DNA from: Anaerolineaceae bacterium
GTDB taxonomy: Bacteria; Chloroflexota; Anaerolineae; Anaerolineales; Anaerolineaceae
NCBI GenBank assembly: GCA_040769645.1
Contig: JAXGKP010000002.1
Span: 10,754-74,753, forward strand
Direction: 5' to 3'
Length of the DNA stretch: 64,000 nt
The notes under the pieces were generated by a model that searched no databases, was not told the origin of the DNA, and saw only the letters and a program-made list of their open reading frames with translations. The first letter of the stretch is position 1. Each line of letters starts with the position of its first letter. Positions 35,153 through 45,621 of the stretch are shown piece after piece. The position numbers and the translations under genes are program-made.

Positions 35153-36253
35153 TCAAGCAGCCCAACACAGGAAGGGCAGCTTTTTGAGACCATAAATCAC
35201 GCCAGCGCTGAATAAGAAAACCAACAGCGTCAGCACTGGAACAGACAGGATCGGGTTGAACGACAACAAGGTAAGCCCGAATGTTTTGCCAAGAAAAAAG
35301 GACACCAGCGGATGAATCAGATAAACACCCAGGGTAAGCCGGGAAAGATTCGCAATAAGGCAGCGTGCCCGTTCAGAAAAGTGGACCTGACTCACCTGAA
35401 ATCTGAAAAATGTGAAGATTGAAGCAGCCACAAAAAAGGTCATCAGGGTGAGCGGGTCCGAAAAGCGCAAATCCGTCGCCCCAACTCTTTGGGAGGCAAG
35501 CAGCGTCACCGCGGCATTGGCAAGCATACCCAACAGACCTAGAAGGTAAATTATCGCGCGGGTTTTACGGTCTGTTAAGAAATAAAAGAGCAAATAATTG
35601 CTTATGAGGAAATAACCGGCGAAGAGCAAGACCTTTCCGACCGGAAATTTCTCCGCGATGGAACTGACCCAATCTGCCATCGGGAGGAAATCACCGCTCA
35701 GCACCAAAGTATGCCCCAGAAGACCCAACACAAGCAGGACAAGCGCGTACTTGAGGGTTTGTTCTCCGCCGCGGTCCACAATAAGCTGAAGAAAGGGAGA
35801 GAGCAGGTAGAGACTGATCAGGACAGGCAGAAACCAAAGGTGATAGTGACTGTTAACCACCAGGGCCGCGAAGCGCGCGACCAGGGGGCCAGGGGCGGCA
35901 GGCTCAGAAAGCAAGCTGAACAAAGCGTAGAGAATTGTCCAAAAAACGTAGATGATTCCAATTTTCTTTACAGGACCACTCAGGAGCTGCTTAAACGTGC
36001 GCTGCTTTCCCAAACCGAGAAACAGAATGCCGCTCACCAGTGTGAACAGAGGGGTTGCGGCGCGCGCCGCCCCCATATACAGATTAATTGCCCGCCAACC
36101 CGACGCGTTTACGGGCAGGGTTCTAAGCTGAACCGAGCTCAGGTTCAACATCACGATCAGGAGCGAGGCTGTAATACGCAGCAGGTCAAGCCATACCAGG
36201 CGGTTTGGGTCCCCGGAAGACGGTTTAGCGAGGGTGGTGTCTGGTTGGTTCAT
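35153..36253 (-). CDS. acyltransferase family 3 (OafA/YrhL-like) membrane protein
   Basis: RLVWLDLLRITASLLIVMLN lead motif followed by about 10 TM helices. The ORF track extends to 36388, but the N-terminal 45 aa look non-genuine. Start uncertain. Confidence 0.7.
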   Translation of the reverse strand: MNQPDTTLAKPSSGDPNRLVWLDLLRITASLLIVMLNLSSVQLRTLPVNASGWRAINLYMGAARAATPLFTLVSGILFLGLGKQRTFKQLLSGPVKKIGIIYVFWTILYALFSLLSEPAAPGPLVARFAALVVNSHYHLWFLPVLISLYLLSPFLQLIVDRGGEQTLKYALVLLVLGLLGHTLVLSGDFLPMADWVSSIAEKFPVGKVLLFAGYFLISNYLLFYFLTDRKTRAIIYLLGLLGMLANAAVTLLASQRVGATDLRFSDPLTLMTFFVAASIFTFFRFQVSQVHFSERARCLIANLSRLTLGVYLIHPLVSFFLGKTFGLTLLSFNPILSVPVLTLLVFLFSAGVIYGLKKLPFLCWAA

Positions 36254-36437
36254 AAGGCTGTGATTTCCAAGGCGGGATTGTAGAGGATAACCCAATAAAA
36301 AGCCAATCTTTGTAAAAGAAATCGTTCCCCCGGGGCAGATACCCCTTGGTCTGAATGCCATTAATAATCTTTTCATAAGCCCAAACACAACCGCGGAGAG
36401 TCCGTATTCATCAGGGTTGGCTGGTGAACGAGCGGAT

Positions 36438-36900
36438 ATGCAATCCGGTTACTTTGATGACAAAGCCCGGGAATATGTAATTACCCGACCGGATACACCC
36501 CTTCCCTGGATTAATTATCTCAGCAGCCGGGTTTTTTTCAGTTTAATTTGCAACACCGGCAGCGGCTACTGCATTAATAACGACGCGCGTTAGCGCCGGA
36601 TAACCCGCTACCGCTACAATAACGCGCCATTGGATATGGGTGGGCGCTGCCTCTGCCTGCGCGACGATGAAAACGGGCAGCATTGGCCTGTGGGGTGGAT
36701 GCCGGAACCTTCCCAACTGGACGTGTATGAATGCCGCCACGGGCCTGCGGATCCAATCGAAATCCATGGGGATTGATGCAAAGGTCAGATTCTTTGTGCC
36801 CTTGGACGCTCCCATAGATATCTGGGGTCTCACGCTCAGGAACCAACGCGAAACGCCGGCTGAAATCAGCTTGTTTTCCGCTTTTCAGTTGAGCCCCGCG
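36438..36900 (+). pseudogene. N-terminal remnant of a GH94 (cellobiose/chitobiose phosphorylase-like) gene
   Basis: [30 protein letters not shown]...NNDAR then TAG, then RRITRYRYNNAPLDMGGR. Homology continues in other frames (MGIDAKVRFFVPLDAPIDIWGLTLRNQRETPAEISLFSAFQ) and stops after about 0.5 kb of an expected 2.4 kb. Confidence 0.6.
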
Positions 36901-37140
36901 AGGAAGATTATGTTGAAGTCCGGTTGGGCATGCCGGCGGCTTAGCGTTGCAGCTGTCCGGAGAGTTGGAACGCGGCCGGAGATGGCAGAATAAAGGACAG
37001 ATAATGGAAAACCCTTCCGGCGGCTAAATGACCGGCGCGCCTCGGCTGGTTGTTTCACAGGGGGTCGATAGAGCCGGTTTTAATACTATTCCTTACCAAA
37101 AAAAGAGGAGGCTCTTGGCCTCCTCTTCATGTCAAAAAAC

Positions 37141-38103
37141 TCAGCGCCTTTCTCCGCGAATATACGGAACGGCAAGCGCGCCAGGCGCTCCAATGCGCTG
37201 CCTGCGCGCGGAAGCTGAACCCCACACCAGCGCGATGATTGTCAGCAAAAATGGCATCATCTGCAGGAAAAAAACCAGGTTATGATTGTAGAAGAAAGGG
37301 TTGCGCAGCCCAAATATGAGCATTGGACCCTGTAAATCGAGCATGAAACGGCGGAGCATCCCGAATAGATAGCCGCCCAAAGCCGCCCGCAGAGGGTTCC
37401 ACTGCGCGAAAATAACCAGTGCCACCGCAATCCAACCTTGCCCGGAGGTGGTCAGGTTGCTATACCATCCCGGGGAAATCGCGATGCTGATTGATGCTCC
37501 TGCCAGGCCAGCCAGGCAGCCCCCGATAAACGTGTAAAGGTAGCGCACTCCATAGACATTAATGCCCAGGCTGTCGGCTGCCGCGGGTTTTTCGCCAACA
37601 GCGCGCAAATGCATGCCGGGGCGGGTTTTGTTGATATACCACCAGGAAAAGGGTATCAGCAGGTAGCCCAGAAACACCAAAACGTTCAGGTCAGAAAAGA
37701 AAACCCGTCCCAGTATAGGAATATTTGAAAGCAGAGGAATAGACGCGTTCGGGATAAGCGGGGCGTTTTGGCCGGACAAACCCTCACCCAGAACAAGCGC
37801 GAGTCCGGTTCCCAAAAAAGTGAGCGATAAACCGCTGACCACCTGGTCGGCCTGAAAGTGAATGGTCACCAGGGCATGCGCGAGGCTGAGCAGTCCGCCC
37901 GCGGCGATACCCGCCAATAAACCCAACCAAGGGCTGCCTGTCAGGAGGGAGGTTTTGAAGGCTGCCATGGCGCCCAAGAGCATCATGCCCTCCACGCCGA
38001 GATTCTGAACACCGGAAAGTTCGGTTAATATTTCGCCGATTGCCGCGAACAGAAGAATTGTGCCGGTGGAAAGACCGGATCTGAGGATGATTTCTAAGCT
38101 CAC
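37141..38103 (-). CDS. ABC transporter permease (BMP/nucleoside uptake family, second permease)
   Basis: 320-aa polytopic protein. Its start overlaps the stop of the upstream permease. Confidence 0.8.
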   Translation of the reverse strand: MSLEIILRSGLSTGTILLFAAIGEILTELSGVQNLGVEGMMLLGAMAAFKTSLLTGSPWLGLLAGIAAGGLLSLAHALVTIHFQADQVVSGLSLTFLGTGLALVLGEGLSGQNAPLIPNASIPLLSNIPILGRVFFSDLNVLVFLGYLLIPFSWWYINKTRPGMHLRAVGEKPAAADSLGINVYGVRYLYTFIGGCLAGLAGASISIAISPGWYSNLTTSGQGWIAVALVIFAQWNPLRAALGGYLFGMLRRFMLDLQGPMLIFGLRNPFFYNHNLVFFLQMMPFLLTIIALVWGSASARRQRIGAPGALAVPYIRGERR

Positions 38104-39227
38104 TTGCGTTCCTCCGGAGCCGCGCGGACAAGCTCAATTTTGTAATGCAGCAAAACATCACTGCTGATAACCAGGAAAAGTATCATTCCCTGGATGAAGA
38201 AATACAGACCGGAAGGTTGGATTTCCCTTCCGGCGACAATCAACGCACCAAACAGGAAGGAAACCAGGATAGTGGCAAAGGGATTGAGTTTTGACAGCCA
38301 GGCCACAATCACACCGGAGAAGCCATAGTTGGTGGAGATGCGCTCTTGCAAGCGGTGCACCACGCCGCTGACCTCGGACATGCCCGCCAGCCCGGCTAAG
38401 GCACCAGAGAGCATAAAGACCAGGATGATATTCCGGGAAATATCAATGCCGGCGTAGCGGGCGGCCTGTGGGTTATCACCAACCAGGTTGATTTCATAAC
38501 CCCAGCGGCTGCGGGTAATAATTACCCAGATAATGACCGCGGCAACCAGGCCAAACACGACGCCAAGGTGCAGCGTGATTCCGGAGAAAGCTTTTACTTG
38601 CCGGGCATAATCCGCAAGGCGCGGAAGCCAGGCGGATTTCGGGAACATGGGGGTCATCTGAAAACCCGCGTCGCTGAATTTGCTGTATATCCAGTAATTA
38701 TTGAAAAATACCGCTACATAGTTCAACATCAAGGTGGAAATAATCTCACTTACCTGGAATTTTGCTTTCAACCAACCGGGGATTAAGCCGTACAATCCGC
38801 CGCCCAGCATTCCAAGCAGCCCCATAATCAGCAAAATGACAAACTTGGGCGTCGTTTCCATATTCACCAACGGCACCAGGGGTACCAGGCTGGCAAAAAA
38901 CGCGCCAATATAGAATTGACCTTCCGCGCCAATGTTCCACAGACGCATGCGGAATGCCAGGCCGCAGCCCAAGCCAATCAGCAGCAAAGGAGTGGCCTTC
39001 ACAACCACATCCGAGAGGGCTCCCCAGCTGCCGAAAGCCGCGTTGAAGAAATATCCGAATGTCCGGATTGGATCCCCGCCGATCAGGAGGAGAATCAACG
39101 CGCTGATGAGGAAAGCGAGGACAATCGCGCCGACCGAAGTCGCCAGCGGCAGCCAACGCGAGACTTCATCAGTGCGTTTCTGAATGTGAAGCTTATAAGG
39201 AAGGAAACGTGCGAAGCTGAAACTCAT
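38100..39227 (-). CDS. ABC transporter permease (BMP/nucleoside uptake family, first permease)
   Basis: 375-aa polytopic protein. Its start overlaps the stop of the ATPase gene. Confidence 0.8.
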   Translation of the reverse strand: MSFSFARFLPYKLHIQKRTDEVSRWLPLATSVGAIVLAFLISALILLLIGGDPIRTFGYFFNAAFGSWGALSDVVVKATPLLLIGLGCGLAFRMRLWNIGAEGQFYIGAFFASLVPLVPLVNMETTPKFVILLIMGLLGMLGGGLYGLIPGWLKAKFQVSEIISTLMLNYVAVFFNNYWIYSKFSDAGFQMTPMFPKSAWLPRLADYARQVKAFSGITLHLGVVFGLVAAVIIWVIITRSRWGYEINLVGDNPQAARYAGIDISRNIILVFMLSGALAGLAGMSEVSGVVHRLQERISTNYGFSGVIVAWLSKLNPFATILVSFLFGALIVAGREIQPSGLYFFIQGMILFLVISSDVLLHYKIELVRAAPEERK

Positions 39228-40759
39228 TCCTGCCTCCGTAATTCTCCCGTCATCAGTAAGCCGATGGTTTTTACGTCAGCCTCTTCCGTGGGGAATATCC
39301 CGGCTAATTCGCCCTCAAATATCACCGCGATCCGGTCGGAAAGATCCAGCAGTTCATCCAATTCCTCTGAAATTAAAAGCACCGCCGCGTCCTTCTCACG
39401 CTGCTCTAATAACAGGTTCTGAATACCCTCAATCGCCCCGACGTCCAATCCGCGCGTCGGTTGGACTGCCACGATAAGAGTAGGTCCGCAGGATATTTCC
39501 CGCGCGAGGATGACTTTTTGCAGGTTACCACCCGAAAGCTTATTTACCTGCGTGGAAAGGCTGGGCGCCTGGATGTTGTATTTTTCTTTGAGGTTGCTCG
39601 CGAACTCCCGTGCGGCTGTGTAGCTGATGCGCCATTTCTGACTGATTGGGGCATGATCGTAAGATTTCATAATCATGTTTCCTGTCAGCGCCATTCCCGG
39701 AGCCGTCCCCACGCCTGTGCGGTCTTCGGGGATATGCGCGGTGCCCTGCTCAATCGCGCGTTTGGGAGACTGATTGGCAACCTGTTTACAATTCACCAGG
39801 ATATTACCCTGGCAGGCGCGCAATCCGGTGATGACCTCTGCCAGTTCGCTTTGACCATTCCCCGCGATACCAGCAATTCCCAGTATCTCGCCTTTGCGGA
39901 GTTGGAAAGAAACGTTTTTCAGGGCTGGCAGACCGCGGTTATTCAACGCAGATACGTTTTGAACGTCCAGAACGACATCTCCCGGGGTGTGAGGATTTTT
40001 ATTTAATTGAAACAGGACTTTACGTCCCACCATTAATTCAGCCAAAGTTTCTTTGGTTATGTTTTCAAGGCCAATCCCGTCCGCGGTTACCTTGCCTTTG
40101 CGAAGCACTGTCAATCGATCCGCTACCCGTTTGACCTCATTCAGTTTGTGGCTGATAAACACAATGGATTTTCCCTGTTGAACCATCAGGCGCATCGTTT
40201 CCATCAGCTCCTGAATTTCCTGCGGGGCAAGCACGGCGGTTGGTTCGTCCAATATCAGGATTTCCGCTCCGCGATAGAGTGTTTTCAAAATCTCAACCCG
40301 CTGTTGTTCCCCCACGGAGAGCTGCCATATTTTAGCGGTCGGTTGAACTTTGAGCCCGTATTTCTCAGCCAGGTCGGCAACTTTTTGGTCATAGCGAGGC
40401 AGGTGCATGATGAATCCGGGGTCATTCAGTCCTAACAGGATGTTTTCGGTTACAGTTTGGGTTGGCACGAGCATAAAATGCTGATGAACCATACCGATTC
40501 CGCGGTTGATTGCGTCTTTGGGAGAGTTGAAAACCGCGCGATCTCCGTTTACCAGGATCGTGCCAGATTCGGGTTTATAAATCCCGGCGAGGATGTTCAT
40601 TAAGGTGCTTTTGCCCGCGCCGTTTTCCCCCAGGAGCGCGTGGATTTCTCCGCGCCTGAGCGTAAAGTTGACGTGGTCATTGGCAAGCACGCCCGGAAAG
40701 CGCAATACAATATCACGCATTTCGACCGCGTTGGTTTGTTCCTTGGATGTAATCGTCAT
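39224..40759 (-). CDS. ABC transporter ATPase, duplicated (sugar/nucleoside type)
   Basis: 511 aa with GENGAGKSTLMN, LSVGEQQRVEIL, ILDEPT and a degenerate second half (LSGGNLQKVILA). Confidence 0.88.
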   Translation of the reverse strand: MTITSKEQTNAVEMRDIVLRFPGVLANDHVNFTLRRGEIHALLGENGAGKSTLMNILAGIYKPESGTILVNGDRAVFNSPKDAINRGIGMVHQHFMLVPTQTVTENILLGLNDPGFIMHLPRYDQKVADLAEKYGLKVQPTAKIWQLSVGEQQRVEILKTLYRGAEILILDEPTAVLAPQEIQELMETMRLMVQQGKSIVFISHKLNEVKRVADRLTVLRKGKVTADGIGLENITKETLAELMVGRKVLFQLNKNPHTPGDVVLDVQNVSALNNRGLPALKNVSFQLRKGEILGIAGIAGNGQSELAEVITGLRACQGNILVNCKQVANQSPKRAIEQGTAHIPEDRTGVGTAPGMALTGNMIMKSYDHAPISQKWRISYTAAREFASNLKEKYNIQAPSLSTQVNKLSGGNLQKVILAREISCGPTLIVAVQPTRGLDVGAIEGIQNLLLEQREKDAAVLLISEELDELLDLSDRIAVIFEGELAGIFPTEEADVKTIGLLMTGELRRQE

Positions 40760-40903
40760 GAGTTCTTTCCGATAAGCAATGCGCTTGGTCTAGAACAGCC
40801 GTGTAACTCCCGGAAGAGTGGGGAGTTTGGTTTTGGCTGGCAGATAGCATGACAAACCAGGAGATGATCAAAAGATCATCTCCTGGAATCACGCTCAAAA
40901 TTT

Positions 40904-42136
40904 CTATAGGTCAGGCAGTTTTGCGGAAATATTTTCGTTCCACCAATACATGCAGGTCTTGCATTCGCTGCCGAATTGTTTAAACCCATCCAGATCCAGC
41001 TGCTCCATGCTGACGCCGTCCGGCAGGACCAGGTTGCCCTGATTATCAGTAATCGGACCTTTGAAGACGTCGAAACGGGTAAATTCGCCCTTGAGCATCT
41101 TATCCAGAGTTTCGCGCACCAGCTGCAGGTCAGCTTCGGGAAGGTTTGCCACGCCGGGCATCATCGTTTCGCCTTTCATGAAACCATACAGACCCAGACC
41201 GCCGGAATCGCCATCGAAGTATTCCCAACCGCCCTTCCAGGTGCCAGCGCGGCATTTATCCACGATATCCGCATAAATCACGCCCCAGTTCCAGTACATA
41301 GAGGTAAGGCAGCTATCCAGCGTGCAGTTGCCAACATAGTCATAGGTGATGCCCCATTTTCCTGCGGGAGCAGCCAGAGCGGGGGCGGGGGTATCTGCGC
41401 CAGTCATGACGACCTGCGCGCCAGCGTCAAAGAGTGATTTTGCGCCTTCCTGTTCAAGGATTGGGTCGTGCCAGGTGTTGATGAAGCGTACGTCAATGGT
41501 GCATTCAGGGCAGGTCTTCTGCACACCAAGGGCGAACGCGTTCCCCAGGCGGAACTCTTCGGGGATTGGGAAAGTGGCCATGTAGCCCAGTTTCGGGTTT
41601 CCGTCAACTTTGGCGCGGGAACCAGCCAACATGCCTGCCAGGTATTTAATGTCTTCCATGGCACCCATCACGTTGCCAAAATTCGCGCCGTTGGCTTTGA
41701 AACCGCTGACGTGGATGATGTCCACATCCGGAAATTCATTGGCAACTGTTTCGGAAGAATCCATGAAACCGAACGAGGTGGTGAAAATCACATTGAAGCC
41801 TTTGCGCGCCAGAGAGCGGGTAACCTGCTCGGAGTCCGCGCCTTCCGCCACGTTCTCAACGTAGGCAGTATGAACGCCTTCCATGTGTTGTTCCACATAA
41901 ATACGCCCTACATCGTGCGATTGCGACCAACCGCCGTCGTCATGAGGTCCGACATAAACAAATGCGACATTGTAGCATCCTTCGATAGGCGCCGGCACCT
42001 GATAGGAACCGACTGCTTCGGAGGTGGTTTGCGCCCGGCAATCGACAGCTGGGGCTTCAGCCGGGGTCTTGGCACAGGCGGCAAGCACCAGCGCGAGGAC
42101 CAGGAACAAATTAAACAGCCAAATACTTTTTTTCAT
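40904..42136 (-). CDS. BMP-family (PnrA/Med-like) ABC substrate-binding lipoprotein
   Basis: MKKSIWLFNLFLVLALVLAACAK (AGGAGAAAAG RBS; the ORF track extends to 42262). BMP-like core VAFVYVGPHDDGGWSQSHD...FTTSFGF. Confidence 0.8.
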   Translation of the reverse strand: MKKSIWLFNLFLVLALVLAACAKTPAEAPAVDCRAQTTSEAVGSYQVPAPIEGCYNVAFVYVGPHDDGGWSQSHDVGRIYVEQHMEGVHTAYVENVAEGADSEQVTRSLARKGFNVIFTTSFGFMDSSETVANEFPDVDIIHVSGFKANGANFGNVMGAMEDIKYLAGMLAGSRAKVDGNPKLGYMATFPIPEEFRLGNAFALGVQKTCPECTIDVRFINTWHDPILEQEGAKSLFDAGAQVVMTGADTPAPALAAPAGKWGITYDYVGNCTLDSCLTSMYWNWGVIYADIVDKCRAGTWKGGWEYFDGDSGGLGLYGFMKGETMMPGVANLPEADLQLVRETLDKMLKGEFTRFDVFKGPITDNQGNLVLPDGVSMEQLDLDGFKQFGSECKTCMYWWNENISAKLPDL

Positions 42137-42445
42137 CTTTTCTCCTGAATAGTTTTGTGGGTGGTGTAGGAAGAGTAGCGTTTTAATGAAGTCACCTGCT
42201 CCTTTCGGTAAACATAACGACGCTTGCTTAATTGTACTGCAAACGAGCGAAAAAAATGCCAAAATGGGGCGAACTTAAATATGAACCGATTGCAAAAATG
42301 CAAGGCTGATTTCAGGTGGATGATTCGTTCGGGCGGAGGAACCTCCGCCCAACCGCCCAAACCCAGCGCGGGAAAATAATGCATCTGCGCTCCATTCCAT
42401 GGATACGCCGGATACAGGCTTTCCGAATTGCGCATAGCCACCCTA

Positions 42446-43216
42446 TTAATGAAGTCGAGCTGATTTAATCACTGGCCCATCGCTGCAAATCAGAAAACCA
42501 GAGGGAACGCCAAGCTGTTGACAAGTTTCTTCGCTCAACTCGCACGAACCACACAGACCGATGCCGCAGCGAATCAGGGCTTCAAAAGAGAGCTGCGCAG
42601 AGAGGTTGACGCGCCGGCACAGCGTGTGAACGGCCAACAGCATACCGGTTGGTCCGCACGCGTACACTTCAGCCCTCAGGTTCTGCTCCAGCGCCTGCAG
42701 CAGGGGCAGGCTGACCAAACCCTGCGCGCCGGCGCTGCCGTCTTCGGTGGCAAGTAAGACTCGGCATCTCAACGCCTCAAATTGGTCCAGCAAAATCAGG
42801 TCAGCCCGGGTCTTCGCGCCAAGGCAAAGGGTCACTTCATGATTCAGCGCGCGAGCCTTCTTAGCCAGAAAGTACAACGGCGCTGCCCCATACCCTCCGC
42901 CCACCAGGATATGTGTCTCGCCAGAAAGGACGAATCCTTTCCCAAGGGGGCCGCGTACCCAAAGCTGGTCTGCGGGCTTAAGTTCGCATAGGGCGCGGCT
43001 GACCGGACCAACCGCGCACACGGTCAGGGTCAGCGGGTCGTTTCCACTGATGCTGAAGGGCTTTTCGCCAACGCCCGGCAGCCATGCCATCACGAATTGC
43101 CCGGGGGCGGCGTCTGGCAGGCTGGCATCCAGAAACAGGGTCAGGGTGTCAGCATTTTCTTTACGAACGCGGTCAATGCGAGAGGCTTGAAAGAGTCCAT
43201 TTACTTTATGAGGCAT
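42446..43216 (-). CDS. pyrK: dihydroorotate dehydrogenase electron-transfer subunit PyrK
   Basis: FNR-like FAD/NAD fold plus a C-terminal 2Fe-2S motif CGIGLCGSCEL...C. Its ATG lies inside the last codons of abiEii. Confidence 0.85.
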   Translation of the reverse strand: MPHKVNGLFQASRIDRVRKENADTLTLFLDASLPDAAPGQFVMAWLPGVGEKPFSISGNDPLTLTVCAVGPVSRALCELKPADQLWVRGPLGKGFVLSGETHILVGGGYGAAPLYFLAKKARALNHEVTLCLGAKTRADLILLDQFEALRCRVLLATEDGSAGAQGLVSLPLLQALEQNLRAEVYACGPTGMLLAVHTLCRRVNLSAQLSFEALIRCGIGLCGSCELSEETCQQLGVPSGFLICSDGPVIKSARLH

Positions 43217-44048
43217 TTTTTACTAACTCCAACAAATAGCTGCAGGCTTGAATGGTGTCCGCGAATGGTATTCCGGAAACGAAAGGATTATTTCTCGAGA
43301 AAGCAATCCAGCGCGTGTTCATCAGGGGGTTTTCCCGTATTGTGATTAATAGTTGGGAGAATTGATCGAAATGGATTGGTGTTTTTCGATAGGCAAATGT
43401 ATTTTCAAAGGCTGCCTTCAGAATCTGTCTGTCTATTTGATTTTCTTTCAATCTGACGATCGCGTACATGTCATAAAAATCTTTGCTGCGGCTGTTGGCT
43501 AAGCCCCGAGAAATGATCGTGTGAAATTTTTCAGCCAGGATCGTTTCAATATTCACGCTGAGGAATGAAAAAATCTCTTTGTTAAATAACGGTTGATAGA
43601 CGTAATTCTCTGCGCCGGGTGTGATAGGGTCGCCGGCAGCGATGTCAATCGCCACAGATTGTTTCATGTTTTCCAACGAACAAACGATTTTACAGCGTAA
43701 ACCACCGTAAGGTTCCAACTCACGGATGGGCTCGCAGCCGATGATTTCATAGGAAACCCGGTCATCAAGTTCCAGCTTCAGGATATCCCCCAGCGCGTCA
43801 AGCAAAGTTGCAGGCTCCAGATCCATACTCTGAACCTGAAGATCCAGATCTTTGGTCGTGCGCAATCTGATTCCCAGAGAAGATGAAAGTAAAAAACCGC
43901 CCTTAATAACAAAGACAGCCTTCTTTTCACTCAATGAAATTCGCCGCAATATTGATTCCAGAAAATACAGGGTCAGAATAGTATTGGAGCTTGCGCCTGT
44001 TTCTTCCCTGAGGGCGTGAATGCGGTTCCTGAGTTGGTCTTTATTCAA
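43206..44048 (-). CDS. AbiEii/AbiGii-family nucleotidyltransferase toxin (type IV toxin-antitoxin / abortive infection)
   Basis: 280 aa. FVIKGGFLLSSSLGIRLRTTKDLDL resembles the AbiEii NTase signature. Visibly more AT-rich than the flanking pyr genes. Confidence 0.8.
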   Translation of the reverse strand: MNKDQLRNRIHALREETGASSNTILTLYFLESILRRISLSEKKAVFVIKGGFLLSSSLGIRLRTTKDLDLQVQSMDLEPATLLDALGDILKLELDDRVSYEIIGCEPIRELEPYGGLRCKIVCSLENMKQSVAIDIAAGDPITPGAENYVYQPLFNKEIFSFLSVNIETILAEKFHTIISRGLANSRSKDFYDMYAIVRLKENQIDRQILKAAFENTFAYRKTPIHFDQFSQLLITIRENPLMNTRWIAFSRNNPFVSGIPFADTIQACSYLLELVKNAS

Positions 44049-44646
44049 TCAACACCTCGAGCAATTCCTGTGTTGCTTGTAAGATTTTAATCCTGGCGGC
44101 ATAGTCAAACAGCTTGGGCAGGTCTTTTTCGGGGTGTCTGACATAGTTCCGCAGAGCTTGCGAGAAAACTTCGCCTTCAATGTCCGCCCTGTTCTTAATA
44201 AGGTCGCACAGTGTTCTTTCCCGATCGTAAACTTTCACCGGGTTTCCGAATACCGTCAGAGCCTGTGTAATGCCGAGGGGATAGATATCTTTATTAACAT
44301 AGTGAACGCGCACATGCTCCGGGATGCGATGCGCGTTGTAGCCGCGGTAGACCGTCACATCCATTCTGCCGGGCAGACGGTCGGTCAGTCCATGCAGACT
44401 GAGAGCGGAGTGGTAGGAAAAAATGCAGCGTTTGTTTCTGGACTGAAAGATAAATTCTTCATCATGGGCAAGCGGCGCGGAAGCATAAACCCCCCTGCCA
44501 ACTCTGTGAATAGAGCCTTCACGCACCAGTTGTGTCAGGTAAATGGAAGGAATGCCGATACGTCGGCAGTCAGCCGCGGTGATATAAGCGCCCTTTTGAG
44601 TTAGCAGGCTCATTATTTGTTGTTTATAAGGCACAGTGTTTTTCAT
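44041..44646 (-). CDS. AbiEi-family antitoxin / transcriptional regulator
   Basis: 201 aa. N-terminal wHTH ITAADCRRIGIPSIYLTQLVREGSIHRVGRGVYA. Overlaps abiEii by 8 nt. Confidence 0.8.
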   Translation of the reverse strand: MKNTVPYKQQIMSLLTQKGAYITAADCRRIGIPSIYLTQLVREGSIHRVGRGVYASAPLAHDEEFIFQSRNKRCIFSYHSALSLHGLTDRLPGRMDVTVYRGYNAHRIPEHVRVHYVNKDIYPLGITQALTVFGNPVKVYDRERTLCDLIKNRADIEGEVFSQALRNYVRHPEKDLPKLFDYAARIKILQATQELLEVLIE

Positions 44647-44688
44647 TAGTGCTTACATTATATCATATTGTACGCATATAAAGAAATA

Positions 44689-45621
44689 TTACCAAGCAAT
44701 CGCCCTTCCGCGCAGGTCCTTGACCGTGCCATACCCGGCCCTCTGCATAAAGGCCAGCAGTTCGGCACCAATGCGGGCAAAAGCCGCCGGCCCATCCTGC
44801 CAAACGGCCGAGCCAACCCCGACAAGGCTGGCGCCAGCCATGAGCATTTCCGCGGCATCAATCCCCGTGGAAACGCCGCCAGTTCCGATAATTGGCAGGC
44901 TTACCGCCTGGGCAATTTCGTACACGCAGCGCAGCGCGATGGGTTTGAGCGCGGGCCCGGAAAGCCCCCCGCTGCGGTTATGCAGAACCGGTTTGCCAGC
45001 CGCCGCGTCAATCAGCATGGCGGGCATGGTGTTAATCGCGGTAATGGCGTCCGCGCCTTCCTCCGCGGCGGCTTTGGCAATCTGGCCAATATTCGCCACA
45101 TTTGGCGCCAACTTGATACTAATCGGCAGCCTTACCGCCCGGCGCACGACACGCGTGACGGCAGCCGCGCTGGCGGCAGCAGCAGAGAAGGGGGTGCCAA
45201 ACTCACTGGCGACGTTTGGGCAGGAGATATTTACCTCAATCAGGTCTGGTTCCGCTTCGGCGATGATACGTGCCACCTCGCCGAATTGCTCAGTGGTGGG
45301 AGCGAAAATACTGGCGAAAACCGGCACGCCCAGCCCCGCGAGCCGCGCTTTGGCTGCCCACAGCAGGGGTACTTCCTCCTGCGCGCCGGGGTTAGTCAGC
45401 CCCACCGCGTTAATAACCCCGGCATCCCACGCCAGGGCGACCGGGTTGGGGTGCCCCGCCCTGGGTTCCGGCCCGCAGCTCTTGGTTGTGACAGCCCCCG
45501 CGCCTTCCCTTGCCGCTCTTTCCAGCAGGCTGGCGCTGGTGCCAAGAATTCCCGACGCCAGCACGAGAGGATTTGGCAGGTTCAGCCCAAGAAATTCACA
45601 AGACAATCCGGGATCAGTCAT
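44689..45621 (-). CDS. pyrD: dihydroorotate dehydrogenase, class 1B catalytic subunit
   Basis: 310 aa with [25 protein letters not shown] overlap with the upstream pyrF/E gene. Confidence 0.9.
   Translation of the reverse strand: MTDPGLSCEFLGLNLPNPLVLASGILGTSASLLERAAREGAGAVTTKSCGPEPRAGHPNPVALAWDAGVINAVGLTNPGAQEEVPLLWAAKARLAGLGVPVFASIFAPTTEQFGEVARIIAEAEPDLIEVNISCPNVASEFGTPFSAAAASAAAVTRVVRRAVRLPISIKLAPNVANIGQIAKAAAEEGADAITAINTMPAMLIDAAAGKPVLHNRSGGLSGPALKPIALRCVYEIAQAVSLPIIGTGGVSTGIDAAEMLMAGASLVGVGSAVWQDGPAAFARIGAELLAFMQRAGYGTVKDLRGRAIAW

Noticed and set aside
35153-36388. The full 411-aa version of the acyltransferase ORF, and similar 5' extensions of the ccmE, BMP-SBP, amylosucrase, ROK kinase and MalE-like ORFs
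   Set aside because: The extensions lack RBS support and precede obvious signal peptides or conserved N-termini that have good RBSs. I therefore shortened these calls. The starts remain unverified.
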